The notes below the pieces were generated by a model. That model was given only the letters and a program-made list of their open reading frames with translations, searched no databases and had not been told where the DNA came from. From an uncultured bacterium (GTDB lineage Bacteria > Bacillota_I > Bacilli_A > Erysipelotrichales > Erysipelotrichaceae), in contig CAIXIN010000131.1 in assembly GCA_903919545.1 (NCBI GenBank), positions 9,082-73,081 on the forward strand: a stretch of DNA of 64,000 bases, written 5' to 3'. Both the position numbers and the translations under genes were made by a program. Below, piece by piece: positions 30,022 to 38,899 of the stretch; within the stretch, counting starts at the first letter, position 1; each line of letters begins with the position of its first letter.

Positions 30022-31308
30022 TTTACCACTTTGACCCTTTTTAATAATAACGACTGATTTTTGGGATGTCTCAAGTATTGATCTCACTTTTAGAATAGAT
30101 TCAGCTGTTAAACTTTCAATGATATTTATGGTATCTTCAAGTTTTAGTGAATCAAAATAACTTCGGATAAAATGGATCGCATAATCATCTTGATCATCTA
30201 GTAATCGATAGGTATAAGATAAGTATCTTCGTTTAAGTTGTTTGATAAATGGGAGTAAACTCGTAATATCTGTTTTTAGTGTTTTATCGATTAAGTTTAT
30301 AAAACTTTTCTTGTCTTCAACTTCTCCATAAAACATTGCATACCAGTAATCTTTATTGATTTCAACATCATATCCAAAATAATCATGGATAATGCCCTCT
30401 TTGATCCAAGTCGCATAATCAGGATTTAGACTGGAAAACAATAATTCTAGATATATTTTAAGCTGCCACTCTAAAGAAGCTCTTTCTAGGTTTGTAAGAG
30501 CTTGTGGTTTTAGTTTAAATGAATAGGTCATCTTTGATGCTTGAATGTCCATATCAACAGATTTTTCTTGTGTGACTATTTCACTTGGTTCATTAGAAGA
30601 AATATCTTTTAAAGATACAAAAGCATCAAAAGATTTCTTTGATTGATTATTCTTAACGATAGTACATAGGTATTCAGGATCAAGTGAACTAACAATGACC
30701 ATAACACAGTTTTTTGGATGATAATTTAATTTGTAACATAACTCAAGCTCTTCTCGAGTTATTGCATTAACACTTTCTTCAGATCCTCCAATATCAAATT
30801 TAACTGGATTTTGTGAATATAAGGATTGAAATGTTTCATACATCAATCTAGATTCTGGCATTTGATGATACATACGTAATTCTTGATTGATAATCGATTT
30901 CTCTTTCTCTACTGAAGCATCGGTGATGTTGAGTTCTTGAACAAAATTCAAAAGAAGTTCCAAAGGTTCCTTTACATCACTTTGAGCCGTATTGAAATAA
31001 TAAACGGTTTCATTATAGGAGGTAAAAGCATTTACATTACATGATAATTCACTAAAACGTTCCATAACATCCATCCCATTATGATTCTCAAAAAGCTTAT
31101 GTTCTAAAAAATGAGCTAATCCTGGATTAAAAGAATACTTCTTTCCGTTTGAATCAACTTGAGAAATATTCAATGAACCATAGGGGAACGCTAAATAAGC
31201 CGAAGTATTTATATTTTTTTCTTTATGTAAAATAATTAAACTTAAGCCATTATCTAGTTCTTCACGATATATGGTTTCGTTTAAACTCTCGTTATAAGAC
31301 TTGATCAT
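30019..31308 (-). CDS. M16 family zinc peptidase, active subunit (YmfH-like)
   Basis: Inverted zinc motif HFLEH (HxxEH) followed by a downstream E. 429 aa. Confidence 0.8.
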   Translation of the reverse strand: MIKSYNESLNETIYREELDNGLSLIILHKEKNINTSAYLAFPYGSLNISQVDSNGKKYSFNPGLAHFLEHKLFENHNGMDVMERFSELSCNVNAFTSYNETVYYFNTAQSDVKEPLELLLNFVQELNITDASVEKEKSIINQELRMYHQMPESRLMYETFQSLYSQNPVKFDIGGSEESVNAITREELELCYKLNYHPKNCVMVIVSSLDPEYLCTIVKNNQSKKSFDAFVSLKDISSNEPSEIVTQEKSVDMDIQASKMTYSFKLKPQALTNLERASLEWQLKIYLELLFSSLNPDYATWIKEGIIHDYFGYDVEINKDYWYAMFYGEVEDKKSFINLIDKTLKTDITSLLPFIKQLKRRYLSYTYRLLDDQDDYAIHFIRSYFDSLKLEDTINIIESLTAESILKVRSILETSQKSVVIIKKGQSGK

Positions 31309-31309
31309 C

Positions 31310-32530
31310 TTACTCCTGTCCTGTGACTGTAAAAGTACACAATTTCTTTATGGTTTTAGCTGCTTCTACAATACCTTTACGATCAACATTATCGATCTCT
31401 TTGACATAGTTTTGAAGATCGAACGTTTTATCTAATAACCAAGCAGAAAATGCGATATTCATCCAAGATGAGACATCATCTTCTATCGCAATATAGTTAT
31501 TTTTTAAAAGTGATTTTGCGGAATTAAATAAAGAATCAGAAAACTTATCATTTCTAATAATCTCAAGTTGTTCCTCTATCAGTTCTAAAACCAAATCTTG
31601 CTGTTTCTTACTTATTCCTGTGTGAATAGATAAGACTCCATCATAATGCATTAGATTACTATAAATGCTATAACACAGGTTCCTTTTCTCTCTGATTTCA
31701 GTAAATAAGAGCGAATTTGGTAAAGTACCCAATAAATAAGACAAAACTCTATAGCTCATATAGTTTGGATCAGTATTGTTTTTACCAAGTGTATATAGCG
31801 AAACTAACGATGTTTGTTTAACTTTTTTAGATATCTTTTTAATTTGATATGATTTTTCGGAAACGTAATAAGAAGCGTTTGGTAAAGTCTTTGTTTTTTT
31901 GTAAATAGAATTTAAAAGGTCATAATATCTAGGATCGATATTACCGATTCCGATCACATAGACATCATCATTTTTAAGCATCTTTTGATGATATTGTTTC
32001 AAATCATCAATGGTTATTTTTTCAATGAACTCGATCTGGCCTTGGCTAAATATTGAAAGTGGTTCATCCTTTCCCCCTAAAGCCAATGCACTTAATGCCG
32101 CTAAAGTACTGGGTTTATCAAAAATTCGCAATAGATTTGATTTAATGTTTTGTTTAGCTTCTAGTACTGTTTCTTCATTAATCAATGGTGTTCTTACACA
32201 GGACTCAATAAATGCTAAGGCTTCTTCAAGATGAGTTTCCTTTGAATATCGTTCACTTAAAGTCGTAAACTTCATCTCTAAGACATGGATTTTTCCATAA
32301 GATGAAGTCTTTACATCAAAACTTAACGCAAAAAGGTCATCTGTTTTGAGATTCATATTTTGTTTGGTTGGATATTTCTCATTACGATCAATCATTAAAT
32401 AGGCCAATAGATTTCTTATGCTTACATCTGGTTCTTTGTTTTCACACATAAAACGAATAGAGAAGTGAACATCTTTGAATTTATCGTTAATCAGTAATTC
32501 TACATTGTTTGAATTTATGTTGTTGGACAT
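31310..32530 (-). CDS. M16 family peptidase-like protein lacking HxxEH (YmfF-like non-catalytic partner)
   Basis: Size and adjacency to the active M16 gene. The expected HxxEH position reads LLAYLMID. Confidence 0.65.
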   Translation of the reverse strand: MSNNINSNNVELLINDKFKDVHFSIRFMCENKEPDVSIRNLLAYLMIDRNEKYPTKQNMNLKTDDLFALSFDVKTSSYGKIHVLEMKFTTLSERYSKETHLEEALAFIESCVRTPLINEETVLEAKQNIKSNLLRIFDKPSTLAALSALALGGKDEPLSIFSQGQIEFIEKITIDDLKQYHQKMLKNDDVYVIGIGNIDPRYYDLLNSIYKKTKTLPNASYYVSEKSYQIKKISKKVKQTSLVSLYTLGKNNTDPNYMSYRVLSYLLGTLPNSLLFTEIREKRNLCYSIYSNLMHYDGVLSIHTGISKKQQDLVLELIEEQLEIIRNDKFSDSLFNSAKSLLKNNYIAIEDDVSSWMNIAFSAWLLDKTFDLQNYVKEIDNVDRKGIVEAAKTIKKLCTFTVTGQE

Positions 32531-32600
32531 GGGTTCTCCTAAAAAGTTATCCTAGATAGTATATAATATAATTACTCTAACACAAAGGAAGACGGCTCAC

Positions 32601-34046
32601 ATGTCAATTAAATTCGACCAATTATCATTACTTACGGATTTCTATGAGTTTACGATGGCCTATACATATTTCAAAGAAAATAAACATGAACAAATTGCTT
32701 ATTTTGATATGTTTGTAAGAACAATCCCTGATAATGGTGGATTTTTGATATTTAATGGGCTTAATCGATTGATTGATGTTATCCAAAACTTCAAATTTAC
32801 AAAAAAAGACATCGATTTCTTAAGAAGTTCATATAAGTTTGAAGAAGACTTCTTGGATTATCTATTGAACATGCATTTAAGTATCGATATTTGGTCTGTT
32901 GAGGAAGGTACCCCTGTCTTCGCCAATGAACCATTGGTGACTGTAAGAGGCAATGCCATTCAAGCCCAGATCATAGAAACTTTACTCTTGATTTGTATTA
33001 ATTATCCAACCTTAGTAACCACCAAAGCTGCTCGTATTGTGTATTCCGCTAAAGGAAGAGCTGTAATGGAGTTTGGGGCAAGAAGAGCACAAGGAATCGA
33101 TGCATCTTTAGAAGGCGCACGTAATGCGGTCATCGCAGGTTGTGTAGGAACTTCAAATTCTTTAGCTGGACTTAATTACTCTATTCCTGTATCAGGCACT
33201 ATAGCCCATAGTTATATTCAACTTCATGACACAGAATACGATGCTTTCTTGAATTATTGTAAAGTAAATCCAACCAACAGTGTTTTATTGGTAGATACTT
33301 ATGATACTTTAAAAAGTGGTGTCGTTAATGCGATAAAAGTAGCTCATGATTGGTTGATTCCTAATGGTTATAAATTGAATGCGATTCGTTTAGACAGTGG
33401 TGACTTAGCTTATCTCTCTAAAAAAGCTCGTATCATGTTGGATGAAGCAGGTTTACAATCCACCAAGATCATAGCTTCCAACTCTTTAGATGAATACATC
33501 ATTGATGATTTGATCTTACAGGATGCTAAAATCGATATCTTCGGAGTAGGTGAAAATTTAGTAACTTCAAAATCGAATCCTGTTTTAGGTGGGGTCTATA
33601 AAGTGGTAGCTTATGAAAAAGATGAAGAAATCATCCCTGTTATTAAAATAAGCGATAACATCACCAAGATTACCAATCCAGGATTAAAGAATCTCATTCG
33701 TTTCTATGACAATGAATCTCATAAAGCGATCGCAGATCTTATCTGTTTAGCCGATGAAGTTATCCCACTTGATACCTATACCCTCTTTGATCCTGATTAT
33801 CCATGGAAAAAGAAAACCATCACCAATTATACCTTTAAGCATCTTCAAGTTCCTGTATTCGTCAATGGTCAGTTAGTCTACAATCGTAAAACAACCATGG
33901 AAACCAAAGCCTATTGTGCTGATCAAATGAATACCCTATGGGATGAAGTAAAACGTCTTAGAAATCCTCATAATTATTATGTCGACTTATCTGATAAATT
34001 GTGGAATTTAAAAAGAGAACTCATCGATAAAAATAAAAAGGTCTAG
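32601..34046 (+). CDS. pncB: Nicotinate phosphoribosyltransferase
   Basis: 481 aa. N-terminus LTDFYEFTMAY, plus GTIAHSYIQ and RLDSGDL motifs typical of the NAPRTase family. Confidence 0.88.
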   Translation: MSIKFDQLSLLTDFYEFTMAYTYFKENKHEQIAYFDMFVRTIPDNGGFLIFNGLNRLIDVIQNFKFTKKDIDFLRSSYKFEEDFLDYLLNMHLSIDIWSVEEGTPVFANEPLVTVRGNAIQAQIIETLLLICINYPTLVTTKAARIVYSAKGRAVMEFGARRAQGIDASLEGARNAVIAGCVGTSNSLAGLNYSIPVSGTIAHSYIQLHDTEYDAFLNYCKVNPTNSVLLVDTYDTLKSGVVNAIKVAHDWLIPNGYKLNAIRLDSGDLAYLSKKARIMLDEAGLQSTKIIASNSLDEYIIDDLILQDAKIDIFGVGENLVTSKSNPVLGGVYKVVAYEKDEEIIPVIKISDNITKITNPGLKNLIRFYDNESHKAIADLICLADEVIPLDTYTLFDPDYPWKKKTITNYTFKHLQVPVFVNGQLVYNRKTTMETKAYCADQMNTLWDEVKRLRNPHNYYVDLSDKLWNLKRELIDKNKKV

Positions 34047-34069
34047 GAAATTTCCTAGACCTTCTTTTT
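34035..34069. terminator. Bidirectional terminator between pncB and the ABC permease gene
   Basis: Perfect 12-bp palindrome AGGTCTAGGAAA/TTTCCTAGACCT flanked by an A-run and a T-run. The pncB stop codon is inside the stem. Confidence 0.8.
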
Positions 34070-34071
34070 AT

Positions 34072-35034
34072 TTAGCGTTTACCTTGATCGTATGGTTCAC
34101 CAGCAGCTTTAGGAGATGCTGATTTTGATGATGTAAATGTCAATACGATTAATGTAGTTAGATAAGGTACGATTTGATAGAAATACTTATTGATTCCTAA
34201 TGAGGTAAAGAATGCAAGTCCACTTGAATTTGAAATAACTTGCATCAATCCAAAGAAAGCAGCTGCTAAGAAGATCTTAGAAGGTTTCCATTGACCAAAG
34301 ATCAATACTGCCAAAGCTAAGAATCCATAGCCTGATACAGTTCCAGTATATTCAACAGTCGTAGGAATAATGAGGACCAATCCACCAAGACCAGCTAAGG
34401 CCCCTGAAATCAGTACTCCCCAATAACGCATACGATTAACATTGATACCTACTGAATCAGCCGCATGAGGATGTTCACCACAGGCTCTAAGTCTTAAACC
34501 AAAGCGTGTTTTATACAATACAAAGGAAGCAACAACTAAGATTCCTAATCCAATAAAGGTCGATAAATACACATTCTTAAAGAATAAATCACCCAAAACA
34601 GGAATATCTCCAAAAAATGGAATCTTTTCTATTCTAAAAACATTCTTGAATGAGACCCCTTCTGTACCTGTTTTGGTGATTAGTCGTGCTAAGAAATCAT
34701 GGAAAGCGAATGCGAATAAATTTAAAGCTGTTCCGGAAATGGTTTGATTGGCTTTTAGATTAATTGAAGCATATGCATGAAGCCATGAGAATAAAACGCC
34801 ACTTATGATTGCGATTCCCATCGCAGCTAAGATCATAAGTTGAGGAGACATTAAGTCAGGAACGAAATAGATGAAGAAGATCCCAAATGATGCTCCAAAT
34901 ACCATAATGCCTTCTAAAGCTATGTTTACGACTCCACTTCGTTCAGAAAACATGCCTCCTAAAGCAACGATTGTTAAAGGAATCATAAACGGAACCATAT
35001 TTCTAATCAAGAATATCATTGTATCGGTATTCAT
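34072..35034 (-). CDS. Nucleoside ABC transporter permease (NupQ/YufQ-like)
   Basis: 320-aa polytopic membrane protein. Last gene of the BMP-lipoprotein/ATPase/two-permease cluster. Confidence 0.8.
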   Translation of the reverse strand: MNTDTMIFLIRNMVPFMIPLTIVALGGMFSERSGVVNIALEGIMVFGASFGIFFIYFVPDLMSPQLMILAAMGIAIISGVLFSWLHAYASINLKANQTISGTALNLFAFAFHDFLARLITKTGTEGVSFKNVFRIEKIPFFGDIPVLGDLFFKNVYLSTFIGLGILVVASFVLYKTRFGLRLRACGEHPHAADSVGINVNRMRYWGVLISGALAGLGGLVLIIPTTVEYTGTVSGYGFLALAVLIFGQWKPSKIFLAAAFFGLMQVISNSSGLAFFTSLGINKYFYQIVPYLTTLIVLTFTSSKSASPKAAGEPYDQGKR

Positions 35035-36122
35035 TTTTTAGCCCCTTTCTTCGTAAAGAATTGAACCAGTTTTTCTCTAAAGATCAAAGAGAAAGCACTC
35101 GCATAAATGATGACGGCTGTCATAATCTTAACTACTTCTTCATTAAAACCAGATCTAGATAAAGCAGGACCCGCATTCTTAAGGGCAGCGATAAAGGCAG
35201 CAGAGAAGATGATCCCTAAAGGATTGCTCATTCCCAACAAGGCAACTGAGATCCCATCGAATCCTTCAGGTGCTAAAGTAAGTAACGAATCAAAGACTTT
35301 GGTGATACTTGAGATATACACCATAGCACCACCTAGACCTGCTAGAGCACCAGCAATGGTCATAGACAAGGTAATACCCAATCTATCATTAATCCCTGCG
35401 TATCGGGCTGCATTACGGTTATAACCACATGCTTTTAATTCATAACCGAAAGTTGTTCTTTCTAAGATGATGTAGATTAAGATCGCTACAAGGATCGCAA
35501 TAAAGATACTGATGTCTGTGGTATTGTTCCCAAAGATCTTATCCAGTCCTAAAGTAGGAATTCTACTTAGTGGAGGAGATGTTCTAGAAGGATTATTTTT
35601 ATCCGCAATAATAGAGACGAGATTACTTACAGTGATCATAGAGATATAGTTCAACATGATGGCACTGATGACTTCATTGACATTTCGATAAGCTTTTAAT
35701 AGACCACTGATGAGACCTACGATGCCTCCAGCGATGACAGCACCCAAGATTCCAACGATCCATAAGTATTCAAGAGGAATAAAAGTCCATTTGATACAAA
35801 TGTAAGCCGCTACGAATCCTCCAATAACAAATTGACCAGAGGCTCCGATATTGAACAATCCTGTCTTAAACGCAAAGCCTACCGATAGACCAGTCAATAG
35901 GATAGGAGACATAAAACGCATGATGATGCCTAAGCCTTTTAGACCAGAGAATCTTAATCCTCCAGTAACGATCGTATAAAGCGCATCCAGTGGATAAGAT
36001 GCTTTACTTATAAAGAAACTCGAAATAAACAAAATAACGACACCAAAAGCTAAACCAAAGAGGATCGCAAGTAAAGCGGCGAATATTTTTTGAACGCCAG
36101 CATTCATAAGAAATTTCTTCAT
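35031..36122 (-). CDS. Nucleoside ABC transporter permease (NupP/YufP-like)
   Basis: 363-aa polytopic membrane protein. ATGA-type overlaps with both neighbours. Confidence 0.8.
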   Translation of the reverse strand: MKKFLMNAGVQKIFAALLAILFGLAFGVVILFISSFFISKASYPLDALYTIVTGGLRFSGLKGLGIIMRFMSPILLTGLSVGFAFKTGLFNIGASGQFVIGGFVAAYICIKWTFIPLEYLWIVGILGAVIAGGIVGLISGLLKAYRNVNEVISAIMLNYISMITVSNLVSIIADKNNPSRTSPPLSRIPTLGLDKIFGNNTTDISIFIAILVAILIYIILERTTFGYELKACGYNRNAARYAGINDRLGITLSMTIAGALAGLGGAMVYISSITKVFDSLLTLAPEGFDGISVALLGMSNPLGIIFSAAFIAALKNAGPALSRSGFNEEVVKIMTAVIIYASAFSLIFREKLVQFFTKKGAKK

Positions 36123-37645
36123 TCGACCTTCTCCCTCTTAGAACCTGACATATATAAACCTAGTTCTTGTTGCGTTATTTTAGTTGGGTCAACTTCTCCA
36201 ACCAATTCACCTTCATAGATGACCAAAATACGATCACTGACACTCATGACTTCACTGAGTTCCAAAGATACTAGAAGTACAGCTTTGCCTGCATCTCGTT
36301 GTTCTATTAAGGTTTTATGGATGTATTCGATAGCGCCAACATCTAATCCACGTGTTGGCTGAACCGCAATCAAAAGATCAGGATTAATATCCAATTCACG
36401 TGCTAAGATGGCTTTTTGTTGATTACCACCAGACATACTTCTGGTCACTGAATGTGAACCACTTCCAGAACGAATATCAAATCGTTGAATCATTTTATCT
36501 GCGTGATCATAGATATTTTTAAAGTTAAGGAAACCAAATTTTTGAAATTTATCAGTAAAATAAGTTTGCAATATAAGATTCTCAGCAAGGTTATAATCAA
36601 GAACCAAACCATGTTTATGACGATCTTCAGGAATATGAGAGATCTTATTTAAGGAGCGATATCGAATCGATTTAGTCGCTAAATCTACTCCTTTATATAG
36701 AATCTTGCCTCCACTAAGTTTTTGTAATCCTGTAATTCCATAAACTAGGTCGGTTTGTCCATTGCCTTCTATACCAGCAATACAAAGGATTTCCCCTCTT
36801 CTGACTTTGAAACTAACATCATTGACACTATCTTTACCATGATGTTTAGATTTCATAGATAAATGACTGACTTCCATAATCACTTCTTTTGGTTCTGCAG
36901 GTGTTTTATTGACTTCAAGTAGTACTTTTCGTCCAACCATCATTTCTGATAAGCTTTCTTTGGTACTGCTAGCGACATCAACAGTATCGATCAATTTACC
37001 TTTACGTAAGATTGAAACTCGATCCGCAACTGCCTTGATTTCATTCAGTTTATGAGTTATGAAAATGATGGTCTTACCTTCAGAGATAAGTTCCTTCATA
37101 ATCTTCATAAGTTCATCTATTTCTTGAGGTGTTAAAACTGCAGTTGGTTCATCAAATATCAAAATATCATTGTTTTTATACAACATTTTCAAGATTTCTA
37201 CACGTTGTTGCATCCCAACAGATATATCTGAAATTAAATGATCTGGTTCAATAAATAAATTATAACGTTTGGATAAATCCAAAACTTTTCGTCTGGCTTC
37301 GGCCATAACTAAAGTTCCATTCTTAACTGTTTCAACTCCTAAAATAACATTTTCTAATACAGTAAAATTATGAACCAATTTAAAGTGTTGGTGCACCATA
37401 CCAATCCCATATCGATTGGCATCATTTGGATTAGTGATATGAGCTTCTTTGCCCTTAATATAGATTGATCCTTTTTCTGGTTTATATAAACCGAAAAGTA
37501 CACTCATAAGCGTGGACTTACCTGCCCCATTTTCTCCGAGCAAGGCATGGATCTCTCCCTTTTTGACTTTAAGGGTTATATCGTCATTAGCAATAATCCC
37601 AGGAAAAACTTTGGTTATATTTCTTAGTTCGATGACATACTCCAT
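36119..37645 (-). CDS. Nucleoside/sugar-type ABC transporter ATP-binding protein with duplicated ATPase domains (NupO-like)
   Basis: Walker A GENGAGKST, signature LSVGMQQRVEI, second domain GIEGNGQTDL and MSGGNQQK. 508 aa. Confidence 0.88.
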   Translation of the reverse strand: MEYVIELRNITKVFPGIIANDDITLKVKKGEIHALLGENGAGKSTLMSVLFGLYKPEKGSIYIKGKEAHITNPNDANRYGIGMVHQHFKLVHNFTVLENVILGVETVKNGTLVMAEARRKVLDLSKRYNLFIEPDHLISDISVGMQQRVEILKMLYKNNDILIFDEPTAVLTPQEIDELMKIMKELISEGKTIIFITHKLNEIKAVADRVSILRKGKLIDTVDVASSTKESLSEMMVGRKVLLEVNKTPAEPKEVIMEVSHLSMKSKHHGKDSVNDVSFKVRRGEILCIAGIEGNGQTDLVYGITGLQKLSGGKILYKGVDLATKSIRYRSLNKISHIPEDRHKHGLVLDYNLAENLILQTYFTDKFQKFGFLNFKNIYDHADKMIQRFDIRSGSGSHSVTRSMSGGNQQKAILARELDINPDLLIAVQPTRGLDVGAIEYIHKTLIEQRDAGKAVLLVSLELSEVMSVSDRILVIYEGELVGEVDPTKITQQELGLYMSGSKREKVE

Positions 37646-37694
37646 GATGAACTCCTTTTGTCAAATTATACCAAAAATAAACCCTTAGTGGCAT

Positions 37695-37720
37695 AAAAAA
37701 AAGGCGGATTTTCATCCGCC
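37695..37720 (-). terminator. Strong intrinsic terminator or attenuator after the BMP lipoprotein gene
   Basis: Stem GGCGGAT/ATCCGCC with a 4-nt loop, followed by eight T on the minus strand. Lies between the binding-protein gene and the ATPase gene. Confidence 0.8.
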
Positions 37721-37729
37721 TAATTTAAC

Positions 37730-38797
37730 TTATTCAGCACCTTCGACTGTAACTACAACGTGAGGTACAACGAGGTCTACAACTTTAGCAGCATCTTTTT
37801 TGACAACGATTGTGCCAGCAACTAATTTGTCATAAACTTCATCATATTTAGCTTGATTGAAAGTTGTGAACTTGGAAGTAGCCATTGGCAAGCCAACGCC
37901 GTCTTTTGCTACGTCTAAAGTAACAATGGTTCCACCCTTGAAGGTGTTAGCATAGAAATCTGTCAAAGCAGCATATACAGAGGTTGTTAAGCCTTTTGTA
38001 GCTGAGGTAATGACGGAAGCAGAGTTGGATGATTGGTCAACGTCAACACCGATAACTTTGGCAGTAGCAGCATCAGCAGCAGCCATAACGGATAAACCAG
38101 CACCGCCAGCAGCAGCGAAGATTACTTCGACGCCTTCAGAGTACCAACCAGCAGCTTTTGTCTGGTGAGCAGCATCTGGAGCAAAGCTATTCAAGTATTC
38201 ATACTTAACAGTAACGTTAACATTGAGTTCAGCAGCAGCAACTTCAGCGCCTTGAACAAAGCCGTGTCCGAAACGAACAACAGCAGGAACAGCCATACCG
38301 CCCATAAAGCCTAATGAAGTATATCCGTCGATAACAGCAGCATAACCTGCCAAGAAGCCGGATTGTTCTTCAGCGTAATAGATGGCGTAAACATTGCTTT
38401 CAATTTTGAAAGTAGCATAGTCTTCTGTATGTGGATCAGCATCTAATAAAACGAACTTAACTTCAGGATACAATGTTTGTGCTTCATAAACTGCTGGAGC
38501 AAACATGTAACCAGGAGTAACTACAACTTTAGCTCCGCCGTCAACAGCTAAGCCAATAGCTTCAACATAAGCAGCAGTAGATGCTTCGGTTGGTTTGTAG
38601 TAGTTATACGTGATATCGTGTTCGTCTGCATACTGCTTAACGCCTTCCCATGCGCCTTGATTAAAGGATTTGTCATCGATTGTACCGATATCGGTAACCA
38701 ATGCCAATTCATAGGTAGGAGTTTCTTCTTTCTTAGTGCAAGCAGTCAAGCTTACTACTATGAGAAGAACTGATAAAACAGCTAGAATCTTCTTCAT
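37730..38797 (-). CDS. BMP-family (PnrA/NupN-like) nucleoside-binding lipoprotein
   Basis: Signal peptide with lipobox LTAC. The start ATG 38797 has GGAGGAA upstream. Ala/Gly/Val-rich periplasmic binding-protein fold, upstream of the cognate ABC genes. Confidence 0.85.
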   Translation of the reverse strand: MKKILAVLSVLLIVVSLTACTKKEETPTYELALVTDIGTIDDKSFNQGAWEGVKQYADEHDITYNYYKPTEASTAAYVEAIGLAVDGGAKVVVTPGYMFAPAVYEAQTLYPEVKFVLLDADPHTEDYATFKIESNVYAIYYAEEQSGFLAGYAAVIDGYTSLGFMGGMAVPAVVRFGHGFVQGAEVAAAELNVNVTVKYEYLNSFAPDAAHQTKAAGWYSEGVEVIFAAAGGAGLSVMAAADAATAKVIGVDVDQSSNSASVITSATKGLTTSVYAALTDFYANTFKGGTIVTLDVAKDGVGLPMATSKFTTFNQAKYDEVYDKLVAGTIVVKKDAAKVVDLVVPHVVVTVEGAE

Positions 38798-38869
38798 TAC
38801 ATTCCTCCATGGCAAAACTTGCCACTTTTAGTGTATATTTTATAGCGCATAAAGTCAATTGAAGCGACG

Positions 38870-38899
38870 AAAAAAAAGCGATTTTCATCAAAAATCGCT
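38870..38899 (-). terminator. Intrinsic terminator after ftsK
   Basis: 9-bp stem AGCGATTTT/AAAATCGCT with the ftsK stop codon in the loop, then eight T on the minus strand. Confidence 0.75.

Noticed and set aside
37730-38797. GC-rich BMP lipoprotein gene as a horizontally acquired island
   Set aside because: It is flanked by its cognate ATPase and permease genes and by core genes. No mobility genes or repeats are present. The codon pattern (C-ending two-fold codons, GCT/GGT/GTT preference) looks like translational selection rather than foreign DNA. It is kept only as a composition and expression observation.
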